A stretch of 54,271 nt of DNA. Source: a virus. Lineage: Duplodnaviria; Caudoviricetes. Shown in pieces: positions 1 through 9,415 of the stretch (within the stretch, counting starts at the first letter, position 1; each line of letters opens with the position of its first letter). The DNA lies in the IMG/VR virus record IMGVR_UViG_3300023172_000037, positions 1-54,271 of that record. One strand, written 5' to 3'. The notes beneath the pieces are model-generated. The model was given only the letters and a program-made list of their open reading frames with translations. It did no database searches and was not told the origin of the DNA. Made by a program: the position numbers and the translations under genes.

Positions 1-433
1 TTCTTTTGCTATAAAACCTTACCAGTTCTTCCCCTAAAAACTTTGTAAAGTTATACGGAGTATTGTAAGGCTCTGTGTAGGTGCTGGAACCAGCGTAGAT
101 TACATTTGCACCAGTTGTGGCAGCAGCATCTAAAACGTTCTTAGTTCCTGTAACATTTATTTCATAGGTGATATCAGAATTATTAATGCTTGGCTCAACC
201 CTTGACATGGCAGCGAGATGAAAAACATCTGTAAACTGATAAGTCTCAAATAGATTCATGAGATAATCTTTGTTGCAGATACTCTCTGGAGACCACTTTA
301 CTTTTTCTTCGATGTTGGACCTTTTTCCACTTGAGAAATCATCCAAAACAACAACATCTTTTCCTTCTCTCACTAATCGGTCTGTTAAATGAGACCCGAT
401 AAAACCTGCACCACCTGTTATTAAAACTGTCAT
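1..433 (-). CDS. NAD-dependent epimerase/dehydratase (extended SDR), runs off the window edge
   Basis: Manual translation from ATG 433 gives MTVLITGGAGFIGSHLTDRLVREGKDVVVLDDFSSG (GxxGxxG Rossmann motif). ATGA overlap with the upstream ORF. Not in the ORF track. Confidence 0.9.
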   Translation of the reverse strand, partial: MTVLITGGAGFIGSHLTDRLVREGKDVVVLDDFSSGKRSNIEEKVKWSPESICNKDYLMNLFETYQFTDVFHLAAMSRVEPSINNSDITYEINVTGTKNVLDAAATTGANVIYAGSSTYTEPYNTPYNFTKFLGEELVRFYSKR

Positions 434-981
434 GAATATAAACTCCAAGAATTGTTCCAGCTTGATTTAATATTACCGCACTCGCTACACGTATTTTTCT
501 TTCTCTCTTCATCCCACATTTCTTTTTGGTTTTTAGCCATAGTCGCTAGGTCTTCGCCCAATTTTGGGGAACCATAATCTTTAAGAAGATCCAATGGTAA
601 TGAGATTGTTCTATTGATACCACTAAGCACTGGACCAAACGTAAAGGAGAATGTTTTACTATCTATACCTATCGATATTTTTCCGTATCTCTGATATGAG
701 CCACTGGTATAGCTATCCCCATCTAATAATTTTTCTAAGTGTCTTACATATTCATCAGCTATTTTTTGTAGCTTTAAGATGGTCTGTAAGAGTGTACCAA
801 TCTCGTTATTTTTACCTTCCATTATATTTTCAATACAGGGACATAGACAAATATCTCCACCACCGATTACATGATTGTCAATATTATAATTAGTCGCAGG
901 GAGGAATTTTCCAGTTTTCTTACCGTCAATCCTCTCTGGAACAAGCTCGCCTACTCCAAGACATTTATTACATGTACTCAA
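430..981 (-). CDS. hypothetical protein with CxxC motifs at both ends
   Basis: 183-aa ORF; CNKCLGVG at the N-terminus and CSECG at the C-terminus. Confidence 0.65.
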   Translation of the reverse strand: MSTCNKCLGVGELVPERIDGKKTGKFLPATNYNIDNHVIGGGDICLCPCIENIMEGKNNEIGTLLQTILKLQKIADEYVRHLEKLLDGDSYTSGSYQRYGKISIGIDSKTFSFTFGPVLSGINRTISLPLDLLKDYGSPKLGEDLATMAKNQKEMWDEERKKNTCSECGNIKSSWNNSWSLYS

Positions 982-998
982 AATTCTGCCCTCTCTAT

Positions 999-1262
999 TT
1001 AAATTACCTCACCACTCGGACCTGCGGATTTCCTATCTAACCATCTATTTGCAGCATCTACAGCTTCTTGTTTGTCTTCTGTCCATTGACCTCTACATTC
1101 AAATTCCCACGACATGAAATGCCTGTCGATAATGTACATGTATTTAGTGACAGTATATCGTTTCCAAGGCCATCCTTTTCTAAATTGCCTCTCAACGATC
1201 CGTGCTCGGAACTTATAGCCCATAGCAGCATCATTGCCATATCCAGCATAAACCTCTCTCAT
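999..1262 (-). CDS. hypothetical protein
   Basis: 87-aa ORF, ATGA-coupled to its neighbour, GGAA/GGTGG upstream. Confidence 0.6.
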   Translation of the reverse strand: MREVYAGYGNDAAMGYKFRARIVERQFRKGWPWKRYTVTKYMYIIDRHFMSWEFECRGQWTEDKQEAVDAANRWLDRKSAGPSGEVI

Positions 1263-1525
1263 TTTTCCACCTTTGTTATTTTAACTTCTCTCTCCGGTAG
1301 CCATCCCATCCATAGATCATCTGTAGATCTGAGAAGCACAACCTTTTCGTCGTGCATAAAAGTTCTATCGCAAACAGATACAAGATAAAAAGTCGGACCA
1401 CGTTCTTTGATTCGGTTTTTGGTTCTTTGTGTAGCGTTTTCACTAGGTTCAATCGTGAACTGAAAGCCGTTAAATTCATTGTCAAAGTGGATCGACGTAC
1501 CTCCGCACATACTTCTACCAGTCAT
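1259..1525 (-). CDS. hypothetical protein
   Basis: Start re-assigned to ATG 1525 (AGGGGGA RBS), which removes a 134-nt overlap. Confidence 0.55.
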   Translation of the reverse strand: MTGRSMCGGTSIHFDNEFNGFQFTIEPSENATQRTKNRIKERGPTFYLVSVCDRTFMHDEKVVLLRSTDDLWMGWLPEREVKITKVEK

Positions 1526-2162
1526 ACCTATATTCCCCCTTATAGACTCTGTATAGGCTTGATTCTTCTGGGGGTGGACCACAAAACTCTCTTTGACAAA
1601 GATACTTATCCATATTTTCAAAGTTTTCTTCTTTAGCACCATATTCAATTGAGCATAATTTCATATCTGTATTTTCAATAGAGAGGTTGTCGTATGTATT
1701 ACCAAGTTTTGATTCATTAGCGAGAATTTTTTCAAACTCCCTAATCGGATGACAATTGAATCCTTGTAGATTGAAAGTCACATCTGTGTTTGTACTTATT
1801 TCAATTGTAGCAATATGCGGAAAGCTTGTTAATCCTCCACCATTACCAGACATAATATAATGATATCTTTTTCCACAAGGAATTATTGAATCATATCTGT
1901 ACGCATGTATATTTTCAAGATGCTTTCTTATTGCGTCGCAGTTTTTTAACTGGTGAAGAACTTCAGAGTCCAACTCTCCATCTAAAATACCTAAATATGG
2001 AGAACCACATTCGTATGAGTACGAATACTCAATATTGGTTATCTCTCCAAACCCCCCAACCCATAACTTATCTTCTTTATTTTCCGAAAATCCATATTTT
2101 CCCAAATAGGAAACAATAGGTATACTGGAAACTATTTTTAGAAAATCTCGTCTATTTAACAT
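1515..2162 (-). CDS. hypothetical protein with twin-arginine (Tat)-like N-terminus
   Basis: MLNRRDFLKIVSSIPIVSYLG; GGAG RBS just upstream; consensus promoter upstream. Confidence 0.7.
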   Translation of the reverse strand: MLNRRDFLKIVSSIPIVSYLGKYGFSENKEDKLWVGGFGEITNIEYSYSYECGSPYLGILDGELDSEVLHQLKNCDAIRKHLENIHAYRYDSIIPCGKRYHYIMSGNGGGLTSFPHIATIEISTNTDVTFNLQGFNCHPIREFEKILANESKLGNTYDNLSIENTDMKLCSIEYGAKEENFENMDKYLCQREFCGPPPEESSLYRVYKGEYRYDW

Positions 2163-2172
2163 TCTTTTCTCC

Positions 2173-2209
2173 AAAAAAAAGCCTACACCTCAGAACTCCA
2201 AGATGTAGG
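2173..2209 (-). terminator. intrinsic terminator
   Basis: CCTACATCTT..GAGGTGTAGG stem followed by C and T8 on the minus strand. Confidence 0.75.
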
Positions 2210-2210
2210 G

Positions 2211-2239
2211 ATTATAGCGTACTTATCGTCACTTGTCAA
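2211..2239 (-). promoter_or_regulatory. consensus sigma70-type promoter
   Basis: TTGACA (2239-2234), 17-nt spacer, TATAAT (2216-2211). Confidence 0.9.
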
Positions 2240-2256
2240 GTCAAAACTTGAATATT

Positions 2257-2598
2257 TTAGACATAATGACCTTTTTCTTTATCATATTTTACCCAACCAC
2301 CATCAGGAAGGAATACTTCTTCACCGTTGATTTCTTGGGTTCTCTTAGGGAATAAGGTGTTTCCCTTCTTATGCTGTCCAAACATCTTCTTTGCAAAGCA
2401 TTTACGACATTGTAGTTCGTAATACTTGTTGTCTTCCTTATCCTCTCTCACAAGAAAGCTAATATCTGTTGAGTTGCACTTCAAACACTCATCATTTCCA
2501 AACACCTCATCAACACTGTTAAGTGCTTCAAATAATTCTGTCTGACTCTGTGCTTCAACATCTACGGTTAGTTTTTTATAATTTCTTACTGCTTTCAT
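2257..2598 (-). CDS. zinc-ribbon hypothetical protein
   Basis: CLKC...CRKC; ATG 2598 with GGAG RBS and ATGA overlap. Confidence 0.7.
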   Translation of the reverse strand: MKAVRNYKKLTVDVEAQSQTELFEALNSVDEVFGNDECLKCNSTDISFLVREDKEDNKYYELQCRKCFAKKMFGQHKKGNTLFPKRTQEINGEEVFLPDGGWVKYDKEKGHYV

Positions 2599-3371
2599 TC
2601 TTCTCTCCAATTTTCTTTATAGCCGGTTATTTCTTTAGGTGTATCTTCATCACCATTTACCATTGCATTCAAAGGTTTGATTAAATCATCTCTAGCCTCT
2701 GACCTGCTAACATCATCTAATTTCCTGTCTCCAAGCTTTTCTTTCAAATACTTATCAACATCGATATCCCCTATTTTTCCGAGCCTATCCAGAAATTGAA
2801 TCTGTTTATTATTGATAGGAGCATCATCCTCTATAGATCCATCGGTTTCTCCAGAAACGGGCGTCTTACCATCTACGCCCATTATCTTATCCCTATCCGA
2901 TTTCTTGACTTCATCAGCAGCAACATTCTTTAGCAACATCGCTTTTCTAAGGCATCTCGCTTCTGCTTTTGTACTAGCAGTTGCTTCTGGGAACTGAAGA
3001 AAGAACTCATCCGTATTATCAAAACTTACATCGGCAACTTCCGTATAAGTGTCAATAACTCCACTGACTGAATCTTCGATTCTCAACTCGTAAACGACTA
3101 CAACCTTTCTAAAATCGTTGGGGTTTGGATAGAGAATCTGTTTGACTCCACCACTCACCTTACCGAACAATAGGGTGGCAACACGCCTAAGTCCGTGACA
3201 AACTGGCATCTGATTACTACCATTGTCTACGATTTCACTCTCATCCAACAGGTTCATTACATAGTCGTTCCAACGGGGATCACCCGGATATGGTTTATCC
3301 TCATCTCCGTAAAAATCCCCCTCTACCTCATTGGTTGGTTCGATTTCATAGTCTTCAAACTCTTCTGTCAT
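2595..3371 (-). CDS. putative Rad52/Sak-like single-strand annealing protein
   Basis: ATASTKAEARCLRKAM helix motif after a beta-rich region; C-terminal KQIQFLDRL...SRSEA module typical of phage SSAPs. Confidence 0.5.
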   Translation of the reverse strand: MTEEFEDYEIEPTNEVEGDFYGDEDKPYPGDPRWNDYVMNLLDESEIVDNGSNQMPVCHGLRRVATLLFGKVSGGVKQILYPNPNDFRKVVVVYELRIEDSVSGVIDTYTEVADVSFDNTDEFFLQFPEATASTKAEARCLRKAMLLKNVAADEVKKSDRDKIMGVDGKTPVSGETDGSIEDDAPINNKQIQFLDRLGKIGDIDVDKYLKEKLGDRKLDDVSRSEARDDLIKPLNAMVNGDEDTPKEITGYKENWREE

Positions 3372-4141
3372 TATTGTACCTCAATTTCAATTAATCTATA
3401 TCCTTCTTCTGGAAACTTCGTTTTGATCTTCTCAATCTCGGAAACCACTTTCTCAAACAGTTGATCCTCAATTCTCTTATAAAGTTTCTTCGCAAGATAC
3501 TTCACTCTAATTATAGCAAATCCACGATTCAATATCACGCCATTCTTTATAGAATCATACTTAATCGTCTTTTTAAGGGATTCCTCTCCAAATACAGGTA
3601 GGAAATGCTGTGGACCGTCAATCTCGATTACCGTAGTTATGTCCGGTAAGTAAAAGTCAAGCTCATAATCTCCGGGGGTCAAATCTTTCTTGTGTTGTTC
3701 TACATTATAGCCAGATTCGAGCAGTTTTTCGTATAAAAATTTCTCAGCTTTAGATCCTTCAATACTGCTTTTCCTAAGTGCAGAACCAGCCAGTCTTTGC
3801 ATTTCGACTTTTTCCGCAAAAGGAATTTGTTCCCAACGCTCTGCTGCCCCTTTACAGAAAGCATCATATTCTTCATCGGACATTTCCTGCCAAGCTTTGT
3901 GACGACCAATACTGATTTTCTTTTTGGTTTCCTCAGAATGCTTTTTGCCCTTTGTAGGGTGCTTTGCTGCTCCAGTTTTAAGTGCCACCTTTCTAGCTTT
4001 ACTTCTGTCTCTCAGTTCCTCATCATTATCAATAAGAATTTTTCTGATTTTTCCGGCGTATGTATTATATTTCTTAGCTATTTTATATGTACTGTTATCG
4101 TCTCTATACATCTCGATAACATCTTTTTCATTAATTTCCAT
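3371..4141 (-). CDS. homing endonuclease-like protein (HTH + NUMOD3 + Vsr/DUF559-type nuclease)
   Basis: KGKKHSEETKKKIS (NUMOD3); YELDFYLP...IEIDGPQHF nuclease motif. Confidence 0.75.
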   Translation of the reverse strand: MEINEKDVIEMYRDDNSTYKIAKKYNTYAGKIRKILIDNDEELRDRSKARKVALKTGAAKHPTKGKKHSEETKKKISIGRHKAWQEMSDEEYDAFCKGAAERWEQIPFAEKVEMQRLAGSALRKSSIEGSKAEKFLYEKLLESGYNVEQHKKDLTPGDYELDFYLPDITTVIEIDGPQHFLPVFGEESLKKTIKYDSIKNGVILNRGFAIIRVKYLAKKLYKRIEDQLFEKVVSEIEKIKTKFPEEGYRLIEIEVQ

Positions 4142-4592
4142 TACAAATCTCCTTGAGTTGTTCTATATTAAAATCATCTAGAACCCCTTCTACTTTTCTA
4201 TTACAGTAATTCTCTATCACCTGCTTGTGTTCCTCTGACCTCGCTAATATCTTCAAGCTAGGATCTCTAAGGATCTTAATAACACTCTCAAAAGAGTGGG
4301 GGTTCCTGAGCCATTCGAGATCCCAGACATAAAAGTATCTATCCATTTTGTTTTTGCTATTCCTTAGAATATTCGCAGTTTCCAGATCTGTTGCTAAACA
4401 AACTCCATCAAAATGAGCTAGATTATAGACATTCATCATTGCGAAGTTAACATTCGTAACAGACGAAGAAAGGTTGAGAAAGAAGATAAGAGGTGAATCT
4501 TCAACATTTTTAGTTAGTTTCTCAAGTTCTTTAATCGCGTAAAACGATTTCTGCCCCGGCAATACGTCATTCAGTATAAAGGCTATTTTCAT
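4131..4592 (-). CDS. hypothetical protein, glycosyltransferase N-terminal-like
   Basis: MKIAFILND start; YFYVWDLEW; located in the glycan island. Confidence 0.5.
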   Translation of the reverse strand: MKIAFILNDVLPGQKSFYAIKELEKLTKNVEDSPLIFFLNLSSSVTNVNFAMMNVYNLAHFDGVCLATDLETANILRNSKNKMDRYFYVWDLEWLRNPHSFESVIKILRDPSLKILARSEEHKQVIENYCNRKVEGVLDDFNIEQLKEICNGN

Positions 4593-5325
4593 AATATTCT
4601 TTTCTCCATTTTCTTCCCCCCGCAAAATGTCTAATGATCGGCTTAACATTACACGGATTCATATAGAATTTGTCTTCACCGTCTTCCTCTGGTATGTGAG
4701 TCACGTTATATTCTACAGGCAATACGCCAACGTGTTCATGCAATTCATCTAGATCGTATAGAGTATATCCATTGAGAGAACTATGCCACCCATAGTTGGG
4801 CAAATCAAAAAAGGGTGTCCACGAGTGTCTTTTAATACCCGCTAGCGAATACCAAGATGCTTGCTCTCTAAAAATTTCCCAAAAGGACGAATATTCATTC
4901 ATGCTCCCTATTGATTTCTTGTCTTTGAGCACCTGATAGCGTTTGTCGGATAATATATTACTGAGTAGGGAAGAAGTCCAATCATTTATTTTAATTGAAT
5001 AGAACCCCATACAGTGAGTATTACACGAGTCGATAGCATATGTGAAGTCTTTATCAAACGATAAGTCGTGATCCATACTAATCGCCATATCTGCATCAAT
5101 ATGAGTTAATGTGTCTCCGTCAACAAGCACTTTGTCAATAATCATGTCTAGTGGAATTTTGAACTTGTTCCAAGTGTGATTTCCACGATATGGAGTTGCG
5201 TCGTTTATTTCAAGATATTCGTACCCCCACTTCTTACAATAGGCTTTATTATGAGGACTGATATAATTGTCGAAGAATGCCTGTCTCCAATCGGGATAAT
5301 TAGCCATTACGAAGAGATATTTCAT
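4567..5325 (-). CDS. GT34/GMA12-MNN10-like glycosyltransferase
   Basis: HNKAYCKKWGYEY, WNKF, HIDAD (DxD), C-terminal IRHFAG. Confidence 0.7.
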   Translation of the reverse strand: MKYLFVMANYPDWRQAFFDNYISPHNKAYCKKWGYEYLEINDATPYRGNHTWNKFKIPLDMIIDKVLVDGDTLTHIDADMAISMDHDLSFDKDFTYAIDSCNTHCMGFYSIKINDWTSSLLSNILSDKRYQVLKDKKSIGSMNEYSSFWEIFREQASWYSLAGIKRHSWTPFFDLPNYGWHSSLNGYTLYDLDELHEHVGVLPVEYNVTHIPEEDGEDKFYMNPCNVKPIIRHFAGGRKWRKEYYENSLYTE

Positions 5326-5744
5326 AGAAAGAATCCCGTTTCTTGATCGTCATCAAAAATCCATTTATCTAGTGAACCATCGTCTATAAAATTTCCTTCG
5401 TGATCGAACATTTCAAAATAAGTACGAACAATCTCAAATAGTTCGTCCCGTCCAGCCATAGCCTCATTTTCGAGATACGATAAAGAACGATACCCTATTT
5501 CACTACAAAAGCAGTCAATACTATTAAAAATTGCTCCGTTTTCGTCGTAATTCACTTTACCTACTATTCCATAAAATCCATATCTCCCCTGTACTATAAC
5601 ATTAAAGTCAGGATATATATAAACGTCATGATTCTCGAAACTATTCAAAGGTATCTTTGAAATGTGCTTATATGCATGACCGTCTTCTTTAAACTTTTTA
5701 GCAAATCCACTAAGTAGAACCCCAATTAAGTGTCGTTTCTTCAT
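5322..5744 (-). CDS. hypothetical protein
   Basis: 140-aa ORF with AGGAG RBS. Confidence 0.6.
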   Translation of the reverse strand: MKKRHLIGVLLSGFAKKFKEDGHAYKHISKIPLNSFENHDVYIYPDFNVIVQGRYGFYGIVGKVNYDENGAIFNSIDCFCSEIGYRSLSYLENEAMAGRDELFEIVRTYFEMFDHEGNFIDDGSLDKWIFDDDQETGFFL

Positions 5745-5762
5745 TTCTTTCTCCTATCTATG

Positions 5763-6584
5763 TTATTCAGCGACATTTGCGATCTCATCAAATATAATAT
5801 CAGCTACCGACTTACCACTCCAAATATTATTATAATAAGACACAGACTTATCTGACAATCTCTGACGCGATTCTACGGGGAGGGATAGTATGTTGTCAAC
5901 AATCCCCCTTATCTCATTCTCATTGTGGTAAGTAAATACAGACATTCCCGTATAAATCCAGTTATCGGGCTGATTACATGTAACGGCAATACAGCCAGCA
6001 CTTACAGCTTCATAGAGTCTGAAAGTTTCAGGACTTGCAGTTCCTGTTGGACAAATTGCAATTTTTGAGTTTCTCATGATATCAGAGTACGCATTTCGAG
6101 AAATTCCGCGATTAAAACCGCTTGTAAAACCGAAGAAAGTTTGAATGTTTGAGCCAACGAAAGAGGACATTAGGTTTAACATACTTGTTCTGTTATTGGC
6201 AAACTGCCCCATAAACACAACGTCGATATCTCTTTCCTCTATATTTTTTGGTTTGCTATTACTATCAAAACCCGTTGGGACGCCAAGTGGAAGGGGGAAA
6301 AGCTTAGGATGTGGATTTTCTGGACAATACTGCTTGAAAATCTTAACTACGTTAGGGTTATTTGCCTCATCTGGAGTACGATATTGCTCATCAGCGTTCA
6401 TAAGAATGACGGTGCGAGGAGGAATTTCGTGTTTATCTCCATAGTTCATGAAGAGGATGTTATCAACTAGATCCTTATCTTTCAATAAATCTCTAAGCTT
6501 AAAAGCAATTTCCCAGAAAAAGGTTTTTTCTAGGTTGTTGTCCGGTAGTTTGTCAATTATGTTAATCATGTTCGCTTTGCTCAC
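5763..6584 (-). CDS. exostosin (GT47)-like glycosyltransferase
   Basis: SKIAICPTG..SPETFRLYEAVSAGCIAV; the start may be ATG 6569. Confidence 0.7.
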   Translation of the reverse strand: MSKANMINIIDKLPDNNLEKTFFWEIAFKLRDLLKDKDLVDNILFMNYGDKHEIPPRTVILMNADEQYRTPDEANNPNVVKIFKQYCPENPHPKLFPLPLGVPTGFDSNSKPKNIEERDIDVVFMGQFANNRTSMLNLMSSFVGSNIQTFFGFTSGFNRGISRNAYSDIMRNSKIAICPTGTASPETFRLYEAVSAGCIAVTCNQPDNWIYTGMSVFTYHNENEIRGIVDNILSLPVESRQRLSDKSVSYYNNIWSGKSVADIIFDEIANVAE

Positions 6585-7593
6585 TAAATAAATCTAAAGG
6601 GTAAGTAGGAGTTGTTAAGTGGTTGAATGAATGCTTTTTTCTTATGTATTCCCAATAATTAATAGCGTCCATAATAATCCCGTCAATACTCCACTTAGGA
6701 TACCAGCCGGTTAGTCGCCTTAGTTTGGATGAATCTGGGAGTTTATCCCACGCTTCCTCATACATTGGACCATAAATTTCCTTTGGATCAACCGTATCAA
6801 TTATTGAATCGCTGCCTGTCATTTCGACAATTTTTTGAGCAATTTCTAAGATAGAACACTGATTAAGGGGATTACCAATACACCAAATTTCGTTTTCATA
6901 GCCTGATTCTATGATTTCGTAGGTTCCTTCAACGATATCTTGCACGTGAGTGAAGGCACGGACTTGTGATCCATCGCCGAAGACGGTAATTGGGTCTCCA
7001 GCCAAAGCTTGCCTGACGAATCTTGGTATAACAAACCCTCCATCTGGTTGTTGTCTAGCTCCACTGATGTTAAATGGTCGGATGATATTATATCGCAATT
7101 CCGGTTTGGCTTGTCTGGTGTTACTAACAATAATTTCACTAAGTAGTTTTCCGATTGCATATTCGTTTCTTACTTTGTAATTGCCAACTAGGATTTTATC
7201 TGCGTCCTCATCTAAGAAGCAGAGTTCATCACGATGACCATAGATCTCAGATGTACTATAGAAGACTAATTGAGCGTCGAAATGCAATGCGGCTTCTATA
7301 GCCCAATAACAATCATTAACAATCTCACCCCCCATCCTACCTGCCCACTTTAGAACTCCAGCAGGTCCAACAGGTGAAGCAAGATGAAGAATAGTATCGT
7401 AAGGCCCATGATTTCTAAACTCAAAGTCAAGAATGTTGCATTCATATAGTTTTACCCCTTCCGGTAATTCATCAATTGCATTGCTATATTTATTGTCTAC
7501 AACATCAACTTCCCACCCTTCTGAGTGAAACTTATCTACGGCATATGAGCCGATAAAACCTAGACCTCCGGTTATTAATATTCGTTTAGCCAT
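6562..7593 (-). CDS. NAD-dependent epimerase/dehydratase (UDP-glucuronate decarboxylase-like)
   Basis: ITGGLGFIG, HLASP, STSEIYG, YAIGK (YxxxK), RPFN, GDGSQVRAF. Confidence 0.85.
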   Translation of the reverse strand: MAKRILITGGLGFIGSYAVDKFHSEGWEVDVVDNKYSNAIDELPEGVKLYECNILDFEFRNHGPYDTILHLASPVGPAGVLKWAGRMGGEIVNDCYWAIEAALHFDAQLVFYSTSEIYGHRDELCFLDEDADKILVGNYKVRNEYAIGKLLSEIIVSNTRQAKPELRYNIIRPFNISGARQQPDGGFVIPRFVRQALAGDPITVFGDGSQVRAFTHVQDIVEGTYEIIESGYENEIWCIGNPLNQCSILEIAQKIVEMTGSDSIIDTVDPKEIYGPMYEEAWDKLPDSSKLRRLTGWYPKWSIDGIIMDAINYWEYIRKKHSFNHLTTPTYPLDLFSEQSEHD

Positions 7594-7930
7594 TTACCGA
7601 CCCCCTTAAGAATGTATCATAAAAATGTTGAACCCCTCTCATTTGATAGGTCTTTTTATTGTCCTTTACTTTTGCCTTTTTTGTTCTTAAAAAATAATAG
7701 TATTTATTGTACACACGAACAGCCCCTCCTGAATATATTATTTCTATATTTTCTTCTGGGACTCCGTTTTTCGTTAAGATATTTATCGTGGATTTTCTTT
7801 TTTTTAGTTTTTGTACCTTATCTTTCAACTTCATACAAGAACAATAATCTTTATGACAATTCGTGCAATTGTATTCTTTAATGATAGATTCTAGTTCGTT
7901 AATTTGTGAATCTAAATTAAGATGTTTCAT
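7586..7930 (-). CDS. hypothetical protein
   Basis: ORF with AGGAG RBS and a Cys cluster. Confidence 0.55.
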   Translation of the reverse strand: MKHLNLDSQINELESIIKEYNCTNCHKDYCSCMKLKDKVQKLKKRKSTINILTKNGVPEENIEIIYSGGAVRVYNKYYYFLRTKKAKVKDNKKTYQMRGVQHFYDTFLRGSVNG

Positions 7931-8687
7931 CAACTACTCTCCTATATGGTTTTTTATGATCCGAATCTACCAAAAAGTGATGGGTTCTCGACGGACCTTG
8001 CTTGTCGGGCCATTTGTTAAACTCCACACCTAGCACAGACTCAGACCAAGGCTTCCAAGTTGAACTGATATCTGGTCTTGCCTCTCCTAAATTATAGTCA
8101 TATTTTTTCTCTCTGATAACTTTTTTTAGTTCTCCGGGAGATATTTTCCATTTTTCTTTGAAAAAGGCTCCCGATTTCTCGCCCTTTGTGCTATCTTGAG
8201 GTTGTAATGGAGTCTTCCAATCATAGTCATAATTTGATTCACATGATTCATAATATGCTAAATTGTTCAAGTGTAAACGCAAAACATAATCGTCGTCTTC
8301 CCATCCACCACCATAGAATCTTTCATCATAAAATCCATTCACGCGGAATAATTCTTTCGCAAACCCGACAAACCCTACACTATACTGAGTTGCCATTGCG
8401 AATCCATTTTCGAGGCAGTATAAAATCTTTTTCACCTCTTCTGGTTTTGGGTGAGTCCTATCGTTAATCAGTATAACGTGTTCTGTTGGCGAGGACACAA
8501 CCGCATCATTCACAAGTTCGGAATAAGAATCGTACCACTCTCTACGGTCGATTCTATTATTCCAGTGAACGTTGTATTCCTCTTCTAGAGGTTTAAGTGC
8601 CTCAATTTGGTTGTCAACAATTTTTCGTGAACAACCACAGTGTAGGCTGATCGTAAATTCTTCAATCTTCGGGTACAATATATTCAT
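7917..8687 (-). CDS. GT2/GT7-like glycosyltransferase
   Basis: ILIND; GFYDERFYGGGWEDDDYVLRL. Confidence 0.75.
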   Translation of the reverse strand: MNILYPKIEEFTISLHCGCSRKIVDNQIEALKPLEEEYNVHWNNRIDRREWYDSYSELVNDAVVSSPTEHVILINDRTHPKPEEVKKILYCLENGFAMATQYSVGFVGFAKELFRVNGFYDERFYGGGWEDDDYVLRLHLNNLAYYESCESNYDYDWKTPLQPQDSTKGEKSGAFFKEKWKISPGELKKVIREKKYDYNLGEARPDISSTWKPWSESVLGVEFNKWPDKQGPSRTHHFLVDSDHKKPYRRVVDETS

Positions 8688-8961
8688 ACTCCCAATCTAC
8701 AGGGTAGTCTTCAAAATATTTTATTTCGGAGACATTAAAACCATAAAAATCAAACACTTCTCTTATATCATCCCTTAGTTCATCATAGGGGGAATCGTCA
8801 TTAGTATATGTTTCGCTTCCCCATAAACAAACTAGTGCTTTACCTTCTTCATCATAGGCCCATAATTCAAATCTAATAAACGTCTCCCAACACAGTTCAC
8901 AACACATCCAAGAATTATCTTCAAGAACAATCTTTTTAATTTCCTTGGGAATTTCTTTCAT
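8662..8961 (-). CDS. hypothetical protein
   Basis: Acidic ORF; ATG 8961 with ATGA coupling. Confidence 0.55.
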   Translation of the reverse strand: MKEIPKEIKKIVLEDNSWMCCELCWETFIRFELWAYDEEGKALVCLWGSETYTNDDSPYDELRDDIREVFDFYGFNVSEIKYFEDYPVDWEYEYIVPED

Positions 8962-9179
8962 TTTAGAAGATTCTCCACAATTAAGTTTGAGGCACTTTTG
9001 TTCCAATTATCTCTCATCTCGTGATCATTAGTGTCTGTATGAAACTTTTTATTCCTTTGAATCCAGCCGTCTTCGTAAACCCAATGCATCATGTCGATGA
9101 GTTCTAAGGTTTGGCCAAGAGAAAGAGGGAGGGATTTTATAAAATTTGCCCAATCTTGGCTGCTATGTTTTTTACTCAT
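8958..9179 (-). CDS. hypothetical protein
   Basis: 73-aa ORF with TAATG coupling. Confidence 0.5.
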   Translation of the reverse strand: MSKKHSSQDWANFIKSLPLSLGQTLELIDMMHWVYEDGWIQRNKKFHTDTNDHEMRDNWNKSASNLIVENLLK

Positions 9180-9415
9180 TAATCTTCCTCGTAAAATTTT
9201 ATACCAATAATTCTTCTAAATGGCTTATCAGATACAAGTACCACTTGCTTGTTAGATAGATTGCTAGCTCTCTTAAAAGCTTCCAAAGCTTCGTCTCTAT
9301 CTAAATATTCGCATTCTACCCCTTCTATATGGGACTGATACCTAACTAGACCAGAACCGTCGTAATAATAGAGTCTATATTTTTGTCCTTTTAGATTTTT
9401 AACCTCTCCTAGCAT
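9179..9415 (-). CDS. hypothetical protein
   Basis: 78-aa ORF with AGGAG RBS. Confidence 0.55.
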   Translation of the reverse strand: MLGEVKNLKGQKYRLYYYDGSGLVRYQSHIEGVECEYLDRDEALEAFKRASNLSNKQVVLVSDKPFRRIIGIKFYEED

